A program made the position numbers and the translations under genes. Positions 40,688 through 54,171 of a stretch of DNA of 64,000 bases are shown in pieces; the first letter of the stretch is position 1; each line of letters begins with the position of its first letter. Under the pieces are notes generated by a model. That model had not been told where the DNA came from, searched no databases, and saw only the letters and a list, made by a program, of their open reading frames with translations. Origin of the DNA: Lingula anatina (taxonomy: Eukaryota; Animalia; Brachiopoda); NCBI GenBank assembly GCA_051362555.1, contig CM120649.1:3410001-3474000 (forward strand). The letters run 5' to 3'.

Positions 40688-41455
40688 GGTTATGCTTACA
40701 ATTTAAACATATTTTCTTTAGCCAACGAAGTCATCGGAGGAAATGGTTTGTCAAAAATAATTCAGAAGAGAAAGAAGTGCGTGACTGCGAAATTTCAACT
40801 GTATCAGGGTCTTCTATATTTCTATTTATTTATTTATCCTAATTTTTGCATAGTTTGTTGCTATTAGAACATGTTTTTTACTACGGTGGCGCACGGTTTT
40901 AAAAAATCCTCCCGAAATTTTCGGTTGATCAAAGGCTTCAGATTCGTTTATTTGGCCTGTACAAAGCCATCTGACCAGTGGTGATCTGCCCAGTGGGGCA
41001 GTGACCCTAGCATCATCGATGCCATCTTTTCTATATCATCAGCAGAGCGATTCAAGGGACGTTTGATCTGTGTGTTGTAACCATATCCAGCTTTTGATCC
41101 CATCGTCTTGACTAGAGTCATTGCATCGGAAACCTGTTATGTGTCCGTTGACAAAACATCGGAGAAAAGGTTCACATACAATTTAACACGTTTTTGATTG
41201 CGATATTGCGATTGCTTGGTGAGATGGAACTGAGCAAATGAGGGTGACCTATGCGCCCTGAAGGTCACGCTATGGTCTTAAAGCCACGTGCTATGCCGCC
41301 CCTTATTGAGAAACTTTATTTCCTCGGGTGTATTGACGATTTAATCAAAAGCGCACATTGTTATTGAGTTCACAGGACGTGTTTGAATTTTGACGTTAGT
41401 CTAAGGTTGAATAGATTAATGGATTTGAGACATCTGTTATTTAGTGCCCCCCCCC

Positions 41456-41507
<52 letters not shown>

Positions 41508-43166
41508 GCTCTGACAAATACAACGATACAGCTTATCATAGAAAATTTATTAACTAACAGCACCAACATATTCAGCATCACATTAACAAGAGATATGCAA
41601 ATTTCAGCGGCATTTTATGACATAACATTTTAATCACAACAGCCTAGAAATACATACTTTCTGTAAATTGTAACTTAGATAAAATTAAAGCATTATTATA
41701 TATAAGAGACTTCTACTTCAGGACAAGATGATATTTCTATTGACAAGAAATAAATAAAGAATGACAAAAGCTGTAAACAATTTGCAGCAGAAACTGTTAA
41801 TCTAATATTTAATAGTAAATGCCTAAATCCTAGATTTACTGACGGCGGACCTTGTTTAAATAATTCCACAGCTAATGTTTCAAAATGCCACAGTCACAAG
41901 GTTTTTGATCCCGATTTTTAAACAAATATACTCGTAGCTGGAACAAAAGTCTGAAAATTCTAGAAAAGTTTTATTTCCACCATGCACGAGTTCAAATGTG
42001 GTGCCAGGAGGTATCATCCTCCGCCAAGAACGCCCGATTAAACGTTAAACGCTTGGGGGCGCTCCTCTCTCAAATTTCAAAGACATGGAATCCCCGCCCG
42101 AGTTAACATCATCGGTGGAACGCCCAAGACATTCAAGCTCGTGCAATAAGCCTGCCCTTAGACCCGTGCTACTTTCCTACTTAAACGAGGCGGGGTAAAT
42201 TCCGTAACCTTATTATGGCTTCCCCTAAACTGATTTTACTCGAGCGTAATGAGTCCTAACCTTCTTTGTTAATTTCATTACCTTTTTAATTTTTTGTATG
42301 GTGTTGTTGTCACGAAACTTCGACTGGTTTTTAAGTCGATATTTTCTATTAAACTGATCACACGTGGATAAATTGCATGCTTGGATATTTGGAACGAGTC
42401 AGATTGGATTCTTTTGAGGGCATGTCTCATTTCTTATAACATCATTCACGCAGAGTTTGCGTGTTCAAAGTATTTTCTATCATCGAAGGTTGAAAAACAA
42501 CATCTCAGTTTTCTTTTCTCTTTTTTCGCTCAGGACATAATCTTCTAGACCCATATATAACCCGTTTTAAATCGGTCAAGCATTTCATTCCATTTAACAA
42601 AGACAGCTGACGTAACTAAAACCCTCAACACGTGGGTGATGCATGGACGTAATGTGACGGTTGCTATCAATGAGATTCCAAAATGTATTGATGTAAATCA
42701 CTGTTACCCTGACAGTATTGATAATACTTAAAAACACTTCCCCTATGTTTCACGTTTAAACTTGCCTGAAGCAGGAATTGAAAAAAAATAATAATATCTA
42801 TAGATATTTCTAGAAGCTTAAGGAAATATCAAGTTAACATGTGTCGTTATAAAAAATGAAATTAATTCACTATAAGAGTGATTCCGACACACGTGGTCCC
42901 GAAATCTACTTATTGCACTAGGATAATAACGGTGGGAAATTGTCCAATGCCCGGTGTCGTAAAAACCTCCCTATTCCCTGTGGCTGTTACTTTTTTCCTG
43001 TGATGTGACGTAATGAGTGTCTCTTTCCTGCGCCATATTTCAGGGTTGTTTGTTATTTATTTTCTTCGCTACGGGACGCACTGACAGTTTGGCCTCATCT
43101 TAGACTGAAGGTGTTGCCCAGGACAGAGGAAACAACAACCAATCTTATACCTCCATTTTGTCAACT

Positions 43167-46100
43167 TCACACTATGGCCGTCGGGCGAAACTTCTTTATT
43201 AGATCCTCCGTGGGTCGGGGAGAGGGTGTGGCGGAGTTTGGCCGCGGGGTGGGTTCGCTGTCGCTAGAGGCCGCTGCTGCTGCTGCGGCCGCGGCCTGTC
43301 TTGACCGTATTTCTTCCATCATCTTCATCAGCTCTTCGGCTGGAGAGAGAGAGAGAGAAAAAAACGCATGAAAATTGAGATTATGTATTTCATGTCTCTT
43401 GATGTGTTGATCAAAACTGAAAGATATTTTTATGCCACCTACAGCCCTACGTTGTGCTTTGAATAAATAGAAACTAATAAACTACCTGTTGACTGAATTG
43501 GAATACTCGAATTTTCCAAAAATTAACCGCGACTACTTTTCAATTGTACGCCTATGAGATGTTCACCTAAGCCTTGGCTACGGCCAATGAGCAAAATACA
43601 CGTATAAAAATATACAATATTACCGTGCTTATAAAAATTAATAAACAAGTCGCTCTTTTCTCTATTAGTGAATCAGTATTTAATTTAATGAACGTGAGCA
43701 AACGATAAAAAAGAGTGATCTATTCACATCTGAAAAAAAAAAACTAATAGCAGACGACAACTTCGCTGAACTAACAGTGAGCCTCATTATTTCAGTCTGT
43801 GATTATCTCAACAGTCGCAATGAAGGAACAGCACCGCAGAAGCAATGCTAGCAATCCAGGTTGTACTCACCAGATTTCCTCTCCTTAGGCTGCACCAGGA
43901 AGTCGGTGTGAACGCTTTGGTTGCAGTCCGGACAGACTTTGTGTTCACTGCTCTGGAACTCCTTAGGCGTCAGCCACTCGCCCATGAACGCCATCTGGCG
44001 GCAGGCCGGACACTGCGTGTATCGCTCTACACGTGTACCTGGATTAATAAGACAAATATAGACATAAGATGGATAAATAGATAAAGATGAAACGACCAGG
44101 AAATATATAAAATGGGATGGAGGAAGGGAAAATTAAGGTGGTATGATATTGTACAAGTAAGTGGATTTAGGGCTGTTTAACCTTGTTAAATAATCCCTAC
44201 TCCTAAAATATAAATTTGCAGGGTGCCTTGTTCACCTTAGACACATTGGTATTACGAGGGGTCTGAAAGCCAAGGAATCCAAATTAGAATGTAATATTTC
44301 TATAAAAATAAAGTAATCCTCAAAATCTGCGACTAGTGGAATATTGTCTAGACCCTCTCACCTGGCTTCCAAATGAAGAACGCGATAAAAGAAAAATTGC
44401 TTCCCTGCTTTTGTCACAAAATAAATCCGTGCTACCAATTTTCTTCGAAGAAATTTGAAATGTCGACCAAATATGTATGTATACACATTTGAATTAGATT
44501 TCAGACGAATCAATCGACAAAATATAAATCAAGTACAATATCAATTATGCCAGACGCCCCTTAGGAAATATTGTTGACATTTTCAAAGTAAATCACTCGG
44601 TCACTAAGCGACCTCTAAAGACCTTAAAATAAAACGCCAAACCCATAATAAATCTAGCGTCTCTGACATGACATTTTACTTAAAAGAACATGTCTTTGCT
44701 TTTTCTCTTTACATTGTAGCCAGACGTTAATTAAAAATCGATCAGCGCGCCTAGATACGATTCTTATCGACTTCTACTTATTACTTTGCGATCAACAGTT
44801 TACATGATTTGTGATTAAGGCCACCAAACTGCACTTAAGACGTTGCTTAGATCCAGGTGTTCATTTAAAACCATATTCGTTACAATAAATGCAGACATAT
44901 TTCAAGAACGATTCAGGAATGTGCTCTACTCGATTATTCTTAATTTAATAATGTTATCAATATCTAAGTAAGCGTTTTGATATCCAGACACTGGCATACA
45001 GTTTGTCTACAATCATTTAAGAGGTCGGGGAAGAGGGTTACGAATTACAAATCTTTATTAAGTTCACCAAATTTCAATTTCCCAATAATTTGACAATATC
45101 ATGATGCAACGTTACGAAAAAAAAAACCAATACAGTGTAAATCACTCCTATTTTCTTTTCGAGCGACTCGTGCATACTTGCATAATTGAACGACGATTAT
45201 TAACAACCCTATCTTTTTATAGTTATTTTTTTCTTTGATTTTGTATGAATTTTTGGGTTAGAAATCGATCAGGGTTATCAAAAAAAAAAAAAAAAGCCTA
45301 CCCTGTAGATATACATTCAAAATGTCTACTTTACTGCAGGCACTTCGGCACCGGTTCTTACTTAAAATAAAACCATGCCTTCACAATTATAAATTAAATT
45401 CATATGATTTAATTCATATAAAGATAATAGATGAAATTCATGGGATAAGCTTGTGTTAGCTCGAGAGAGAGAGAGAGAGAGAGCCTTTGTGGGTGGAATA
45501 AGTGACCGCTACTCACCATGCAGTGACTGCAGCATTTTCTCGACACTTTGGATCATGGTGAACAGAACTGTCCACAGCTTGGACACCTTGTACCTCTCCA
45601 TTGGCTCCTCAAACCTCACTTCCAGCCTCAACTCCGCCCCGCGGTGAGGGCAAGCATAGTCCCACGCCGACACGTGAGAAGGCGTTTTCCCGCCATCGTC
45701 GATCCCCTCGTCCTCGTCATCGTCGTCTGCTTCGCCTTTTCCTCGATGTCCGACCATGGCCAGAGATACGTGAAAACGCACGGGTTTGTCCAAGTGCCTC
45801 CCGTACAGACCCGTGCCCCAGTGACGTAAGAACTGTAGTCCCAGTTTAGGATCGCGCATGCGCACGCACAGTTTTTCGAAGAAACCAGGCGGGATGTACT
45901 TTGGGAAGCGGTACATGACAGCAGCGCGGTGAAAGTCCTTCAACACGTCGAACTCTTCCGTGAAAACGTCCGATTGCGGCGTTCGACGATAGTACGGAAC
46001 CAAGAACCTATTGTGAGAGCGGAGTTTGGACTTCTTGGCTTCCTCCGTGACGCTCTTGTCGCTCTTCGCATCGCTCTTCGCCTCGCTTTTCTCGCTCCTC

Positions 46101-48601
46101 GCCGTGAGCGCTTCAGATACGGGGTCAGGGTTGAGCCACGTCCCTTCTTTACCCGTCTTACGAATAGGGTACAGTAAATTGAAGTGTTCGGACAGAATTA
46201 AAAGCACCTCGTTCAATTTCTGACCCCCTTCTATGGGAACAACGTCTCCCAACAGTAGCTTAACGAAGTCCCTCTCAAGAATCCCTTCGTTGAGAAGCTC
46301 CCTCTTCAAGCGGTCGAACTTAAATTGCGGTATCCCCAGCAGCCGTATATAGTCGTTGCTTTCGTATTGCACAAAGTCTTTGAAGTCATGTCGGAAAAGC
46401 TCACGGAGAACATCCATGAGCCATGAAGGGCGAAGGAAGACGTATTTTTTCAAGAGGGGGTCTTCGTGCCACCACAGAATCTTCCCAATTTGGTGCAGGT
46501 ACACGCCTATACTTGGCATGAGGTGTTTCATTCCGAATTTGTCTCCGAGCTCCTCCTCGAACGCCTCCCAGGCCATGAAAGGGAGAAGCATGTCCTTCCC
46601 TTTCTCCTCTACGTAATTCTCAACGTCCAACCACAGGGTCGGAACGACACGGAGAATGTACGGGAAGAGATCCTTGTTGGTGCCCAGCTTCTCGATGGCC
46701 GCCTGAACTTCCTCCAGGCCGTCCATGGTCGCCGAGCTGGCGGGAATCACCTCGCTGTGGATGTTGACCTTCAGGCGAAGCCACTCGCGGCATTTCTTCA
46801 AGTACTCGGAAAGCGACGGTGATATTACTGGCATGTCGGTGATGCGCTTGATCTCCTGCGCTATTGCGTCGGTGTGATCCGTGACCAGTCTGTCTAATTT
46901 CCGTTGGACGTCGGCGCATATCTGCTCGGCCTTCTTCGACTTTACTTGGTCGAGGTGGGTTCCGACGACGAGCAGGTTGATCTGATTGGACCGGGAGATC
47001 ATCCAGTCCACCCAGGAGCCAATCAGAGCGTAAAATTTATCCGCGGTGTACTCGGCCAAGTTAAAAGCCAAGATGGCGAGGTAGGGTTGATCCAGGAGAA
47101 CGTAGTGAGGAAACATGTACGACTGCGCGCCGCACGTGTCCCAGAACGTCACGTTGATCGGACGGGACGCCGTTTGCACCTCTCCGTTTTCGTCTTGCTC
47201 CTCCTCCTGGACCTCCATCGGCATGTCGAAGATCTCCAGCCCTATCGTCTTCTCGTGCTCGTCGGTGAGGCGGGGAAGCTGGTCGACTAGAGATTGCACG
47301 AGGCTCGTCTTCCCTGACGACTGGTGCCCGACGACCAGCGCGCGAAAACCCTGGTACATTGTGGTCCGCGCCGTCTCCTCGCGGAAGAACTGAATTATTG
47401 ACCTAAGTCCTCCATCGGCCACGTCTGCGGGCGGTGCCTGAAGAGGATTGTCAGACACATCCAACCACTGTTCGCCTTCAAAATCCAACTTCTTAATAAC
47501 GCTGCCCTGCAGCGTCTTAATCTTATTAGAGCTCAGATCAAGGCGATCCACCATCCATAATAAGTGTTCCGGGAATTTTGATATTAGATTGAACGACAGA
47601 TCTATGGAGTATACCCTGTGTTTGGGACGCCCTCTGATATTTAACGATGGGATCCGCTGAATCTGGTTCCCACTGGCGTTAAGAGCTTCTAAGTTTGCCA
47701 GGAGAAATATTTCAGGTGGCAGCGACGTGATTTTATTGTCAGAAATATCCAGCTCGCGGAGATTTTTCATGTGCCGAATATCTCTGGGAATTTCGGTGAC
47801 GCAGTTGCCGTTGCACTGCAAGACCTCGAGTCTCTTTAACGGTAGCACCTCCTTGATCACACTGGGGAAACGGTTGTAGCTTAGCACCAAGCAGATCATC
47901 CGCCTTAATTTCTCGATCCCCGTAATTTCTTCCATTTCATTACAACCTACGTTTAGACGGGTCAAGTGTCTAAGTTTCCGCAACAAAGTGGGCATGCGCT
48001 TCAGTTTGTTATTGTTGAGCCGTAGTTCTAATAGTTTCTCCAGTTCTTGTAGAGAGTCGGGAAAGCTCGACTCGTCTTCCAGCATGTTGAAACCGACGTC
48101 TAACTTCTCAAGTTTCGTTAAACCTTCTAGAAGTTCATTTGGAATGTAGTTTAAGCGTATACTGTTTAAGTCGAGGCGCTTCAAGTGCTCGCGCAACCTC
48201 TGCACGTTCATAATAGTGTCCTCTTCTACGTCTAAAATGCGCAATGTCACTGCCTTTTCCCGGCGGCATTTCGCCGACGGCAGACGCTCGGGATGCGGAT
48301 GTCTCGCGCCACAAAATCCTATATTAGCAATGGGCGGTCCCGACCTCGGCGGTGAACCAGACAATCCGGAAATAGCCGATGATGCACGAACCCTGGTTCC
48401 AGCCGATGATGTACGGTCTGAATATCCGGACGAAATGCCTGAATCAGCAACGCTGATGTCATCTCTGTCTTGACGGCCTTGTCGCCCGAAAAATGCTCTC
48501 GAGGTGCCTAACCGCCTTGCGCCGTCGTTGTCGGTGGACTGATGTCTTCCAGCTTTTCGGAGTAATTCCACGTTTTTCCTGGCTGTTGCTATGGTAGCCA
48601 T
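43167..48601 (-). CDS. MFHAS1: MFHAS1/MASL1-like ROCO protein (LRR-Roc GTPase-COR), 3 coding exons, about 1141 aa
   Basis: Exons 48601-45517, 44038-43871, 43339-43167 join in frame (3426 nt). About ten LRRs, NPLQAPP cap, P-loop GHQSSGKTS, TIGLEI switch I, WDTCG (G3), VGTHLD (G4), COR with VFLRPSWL and YIPPGFF, then CPAC...CPDC. No kinase or death domain. The symbol is a family-level call. Confidence 0.85.
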
Positions 48602-48735
48602 GTTAGTGTTTATTTTTCTTTTTAAATCTCGTCATTTTCAAATCTGTAATTCCTGAAATAATAATGAAAGTTGTTTAAATTATACGTCCAGATACTGCAA
48701 GAAGTCAATTGACGAGTCTAGAATCGCCAAAAAAA

Positions 48736-48788
<53 letters not shown>

Positions 48789-49310
48789 TAACACGATAAG
48801 GTATTTTTTCCACTCCCCGGTAGGCCTACATGTTAATTACCCTCTACCAGGGCAACAGATTGATTTTCCTCAGATATTCACAGATATGTCTATAGATAAA
48901 TAGACAGTCATTTTGGCTCTCAGTCAGCAAAAATTTCCACAATAATAACTGCGGCCCTGGTAGAGGGTACATGCTAATATGCGTGTATGTTCAATTCACC
49001 CGAATAGAAAATTAATAAACTAATTTGCAAAAAAATATAAATATATGTATAATACAAAATAGGACTCTATAGGCCTAATGCATAGGTCCTACATGATCAT
49101 TAGGACCAATAAGTCCCACCTATTTCAAATATAGAGTAGGCCCAAGTAATAACACAGGAAAAAAAATAAAATGTACCATTCCCTAAATAATAAACACCTA
49201 TCCGTATTCAACAACCGATCAAAACTTTTTACTTACAATTTACAACACAGCAAAAATCTAGAACTCTTTACATATACAAGCCAAGAGTCTAAGCCCCATT
49301 CAAACACGTA

Positions 49311-49470
49311 CCTTCCTGACCGCTTTTCGCGTTTTTACCGTTGAAAACCACTATGGAGAACGAATGTGACGTAATAAATACGCCAACCTTTTATTATGAC
49401 GTTTTGGTCGACGTAACGTTTGAAATATTTGTATTCAGTGCGTTACGCTACAGAGACGTGACGTGTTTTA
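49311..49470 (-). promoter_or_regulatory. candidate 5' UTR exon / promoter of the ROCO gene
   Basis: Minus-strand donor AAG|GTACGT at 49311 and acceptor TTTCAG near 48653 upstream of the ATG. Several TGACGT half-sites at 49367-49465. Confidence 0.35.
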
Positions 49471-50042
49471 CAGTAGAGCCTATATCCAGAGACTAAGATG
49501 AGGTTATTTATTTATTTATTCATTTATTTATTTATATATTTACTTATTTATTTATGAACTTGTTTGACTTGTTTTAAAAATGCAAAAAAGTCGGTATCAT
49601 TTTCATTTTTCTTATAATATCATTTAAAAATTCAACAAAAACTGAAGCCTCCGTTTAATCTTGGTATAGTTTATCCCATTATTATTATATATATATATTT
49701 TTTTTTTTTTTTTGTCTTCCTGTCTCACTGCTCCTAATATTCACCATCTATAATTTCTTTATCTATCAACAGAGACGTGTAACTATCCAAGGCAGTGCCT
49801 AGGATTCATAATCTTACAAAAAGGAAAATTATTCTTCTTGTTTCTCCATATTTCAAGCCTCACGCCGAATCACCATCATCGTCGTTTAAACACTAAAGTG
49901 CTCCATTGTAGGTCAAAGGCCCTAGCAAGCTTCTTCCAGTGTATTTTGCCTTGGGCTTCACACTTCCAATTTTTTTTTCGTACTGGTCTAATTCATCCCT
50001 CTATCTCATACAAGGCTCCCCTTGTTTCCTATGTATATATAC

Positions 50043-50494
50043 GTTACGTAAACTTGGGCTACCAACACTTAGCTATAGGAGGGTGAGAGGGGACATGATT
50101 GAGATGTATAAACTAGTCACTGGGAGATACGACGAATCAACTAGAGATTTTATCAAATTATGGTCCAGTCATTCACATAGGTCTGGTAATAGAGGAAATT
50201 GTTTCAAGCTATTCCCTCAAAGAGCCAAATTAGACTTGAGAAAATACAGCTTCACTGTGCGTACAACACAAATATGGAATAGCCTGCCCGATCAAGTTGT
50301 CAGGACAAAAAGCCTCAACTCTTTTAAGAACAGATTAGACAAGTGGTGGGATGACCAGGAACTCAAATATGACAATTATAGGTCCGAAATCAACATCATC
50401 GGAAGTCACAAGTTAGTTTTGGAGGAAGAGTCCATTAAAGAGGATCCAGTAGGAACCTGAATTGGAAATCAACGCTTATCTAATCTGATCTAAT
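50043..50494 (+). mobile_element. 5'-truncated CR1/L2-type LINE 3' end
   Basis: LRKLGLPTLSYRRVRGDMIEMYK...RKYSFTVRTTQIWNSLP...SLNSFKNRLDKWW is a typical ORF2 C-terminus. Stop at 50460, short 3' UTR and (ATCTA)n-like tail. Confidence 0.85.
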
Positions 50495-53400
50495 ATACAT
50501 ATCTTGCTGTCCATCTGTCATATTTGATTCTACTGATATATCCTGTCCTGTACATTTCATTTCTTAAATTGTAAGTGGCACATCCTTCACTTTGGTCTTT
50601 TCTCTTATCCAGTTAATGGCCATCCTATCTCTTATTCTGATGTTTAACATACTTTTTTTCCATGTCACACCGAACCATACTATACAGCATATAAATATAG
50701 GCCCTACGATATAACACTGGTTATCAAACTGGCTCTGTATACATTTTCCTTTTAATATGAAAAAGTCCCGATGGTTTTGCCATCCTCTCAATTATCACAC
50801 TACTCAAAACTTCATTTCTACTCTTATCCAAATGTGTATTTTAAAAGATAAAGTGCTTTACCCAACACGGTGATTGAAAAACTAAAACTATGCAGACTAG
50901 TTGTTCTGAAAATAAGATCTTATTGTTTTGCCACCACCTTAATTTTGTCTTCTAGTTACAACTTTATTTCTCTTATTCAAACATATTTTAAAAATAAGTA
51001 AACTCCACTATCCAACATATAAATGGATAATAACTAGAGACTGACAATTCTGAATATAAAATAATCGGAAACTCAACCGACGAGGCGGTTAATTGCTTCG
51101 GGGAAAATTAAACATTCTCCGTGCCTATTCAAAGAGAACACATTGGACAAATATTGATTAGTAAATCTCAGCCAGTAAGTCTCCTTTGCCCCTAAAAAGA
51201 AATCGTATTCAAAATGTCAATGTGTAAATATTGAACACGTATCGATCGAGAAAACTGTGCAACGCTTTTAAATTAACGACCATTCCAAGTCAACCGGAGG
51301 CTGTTTGATGTTCAAATATAGTCCCAAAAAAACACTGGCTGTTAAGTTGTGGACAGAATTTAAAACAAGTTGTCTGCATTATTTCTGTCTTTGGCATGTA
51401 CATATGTAATGTGTTGATTATTGTAGAAATGTTTGCCGAATTCGCGCTAACTCCAAGGTTGAAGTTATTTATGAAAGAGCTTAGACTCCGGGTGCTTATA
51501 AAATAAAGGCGTTTGAATTTGTTTTACCAACACAGGGAATTATTTAGTTGTTCATTATGTGTAAGCACCAAAAACAGTGCGTTGTGAGCTGTAAAAGCCT
51601 GCCAAAGTTTTGCCTGCGTTGAATTTTAAATGCTCAGGTATCTTAATTACACACATATTACTTCCATGACGAATTAGGTTGATTTTTTGTAATAGTCCTT
51701 TCATTTCGACAAGGCCTTGCTGGAAATACATGAAATCCTTCCTGCGAGATTTAAGTCATGCTCATTAAGTCGACGTAATGCACAGCCGAATTGCTTAGGA
51801 ATTTATCAATAAGCGGCGTAAAGATTTGGAAGTATACCAAAAATAAGCTATATAAAAATATGAACGAAGTAGTGTCTAGAAAAAAATTAGCGTACTAGTA
51901 TATTCAAGCACTCTAGCTTCATTTATTTATTTATTTATTTATCTTTTTTTTTTCTTTATAAACTCAGAGGTGCAAATTGATCTCCCGTGACGTAACAAAC
52001 AGGTCTAGATCGATAGTTCACCACCTGTTATAAAATATCGAATAAAATTAAATAATTCTCTTTTATGTAATCATTGCAGAGTTCATGTCGTATTGCTATT
52101 TGAAACATGCTATATTCAATTAGGTCAGATGAGCGTGTTTTCTGACACAATGAAAGGGGAAGACTTTGATGTCATGGGTACGGTTTAACATCACATTAAT
52201 AAAAATAGATAGACTAGCAAAAGGAAGTACAGTTGTACACGACTGCTTGGAACTATCAGCGGTCAATACCGGTGGACCTAGGGGGGGGGGGGGGGGATAA
52301 GGTCCTCGAGTTTCTCGTTCTTAAGTCTTGAAATTGTTACTCTTGACCGTAAAAATGAAAAGTGAAAGGTAAATGGTGGCAACGGTTAAAGGTACATACG
52401 AACCGAGCATCGGTGGAGTGTGGATTCCCAGTAACACATGTAAACCACTTCTACTAGATTCTTATAAGGCTCAAATAAATTCGACATGCCAAGGGATAAA
52501 CTGAATAGATCACTCGATCAGCCATAAAAGACCTTTAGACTGCTCCTTTCTTTAAATTTATGGTTGTAAATTTAACCTACTTCAGGGACCTACTTTCCTA
52601 CCCCATTGACATACAGCTTAGAATGCCAGCAGAAAAATCTGTTCAAACATCATTTTCGAGTAAAATTAAACAATGCCTTTTGGTAATTCTCTTAGTTATA
52701 CTACTTGAAACTATATGCTGGCATTTGGTTGGTTTTTGTGACAAAAAATTGACTTTGTATGCATCTTTAAGTCACAAAGATAGTGTTAGACCTTAAAAAG
52801 AAAACAATCCTGTAAATTTAAGTAATTATCGTTTATCAGTACGGCACACCAGTAAAGAAAAAAAACGCTGAGAAAATTACAATCTACAAAACCCTTTGCG
52901 GGAGCTAAATCTTTAAAGCGTCTACGGCTTGAGATAAACCTTACACCGGTTTTAGTTAAAGCTGTGTTTAAACCCCCATAGACACACCAAAACAACTGAC
53001 AAATAACCTGGGCATATACAAAGTAAGGATCGGGTGAACATTTCAATTTGAAAGCCGACACGAAATACGTTTTTCAATGCTGTTGAAATTGAATCTCTTT
53101 CTTTTTCTGTTACATAGTTAAAACTGATTGAATTGGATTAGACATTTTCTTAAGCTTGACTGTCTTTTTCTTTTAACTTTATTTTAACACTCGACACGGA
53201 TCTTCGGTTTTCTTTTTAAGCCGTTGTTACACCAAACTCATCGAAAGGGTATTTTCTCCTCCAACTCCTTATTCTTCTCAAACGTAGTCGTGTTAATGCC
53301 CTCTGATATCAAATATTTTGAACGCTTATTGATATTTGTGCTTGTTAAACTCCGTGTTAAATTTTCTTACACGGTCGAACAGTACAATGAATAATAGGTT

Positions 53401-54131
53401 AAGTTGCTCTCACAATGACAGGTGTTCGTCTTTGATTTCAACCTTTTGAAGCGAACTCTCCGTTGATATGTTGTTTGTTGTTTTTGCCAACGAGCTTTAA
53501 AATGTTCAAATATTAAGAAATAATTGTGCAAGTTCTGAGATCACGGTTAAGTTCAGGGACTTCTTAATATTGTATGTAGCAGTTTTAACGGCCAATAAAG
53601 CTGTGTTTAGTATTGTTTATTTTTGGTTGTTACGACATCGACGGCGTTTATTCTTCGCAATTGTGTTCAATCTCTTATTGTTTGTTTTCATTTTTGTAGT
53701 TTTGTTTCTTTTTCCCGACAAGTCATCCTCTCCAACCGGTAATGTCATTAAAGAAGGTCGAGAACAAATAATTACTTAAGAAACGTTTTTTTTTTATAAT
53801 AAAAACAATATTATTACACTTATTCTATAAACGAGAACCTAAGACGAGTCTTTTGACTATATTTTCAATGGCCAAACAATAACAGAAATAATATTATATT
53901 TAACCCTCTAACAACTCTATTGTGTGGGAAGGAAAAAAGGAGAAACTAAAGTAAAATATTTAACCATTGAAGAAAAGCAACAACAAATTTTCTCTCTGGG
54001 AGGTTTTAATTTTTTTACTTCGACTTTTTGATAATTCTGTGAATATTTTTGGCGCTTGCAATCGGGAGAGCATAATCCTTTTTTAGTGTTCGTTATAGAT
54101 GTTTAGTGGTTCACTAACCTACGATTGAAAT

Positions 54132-54171
<40 letters not shown>

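Noticed and set aside
40948-41133. 62-codon open stretch on - after a CAG, also phase-compatible in another frame as an alternative last exon of the ROCO gene
   Set aside because: Weak acceptor without a polypyrimidine tract, no recognisable domain and not EF-hand-like. Cannot be supported without RNA data.
50037-50498. ATATAC on both sides of the LINE fragment as a target duplication
   Set aside because: Low-complexity context, and CR1/L2 elements often lack TSDs.
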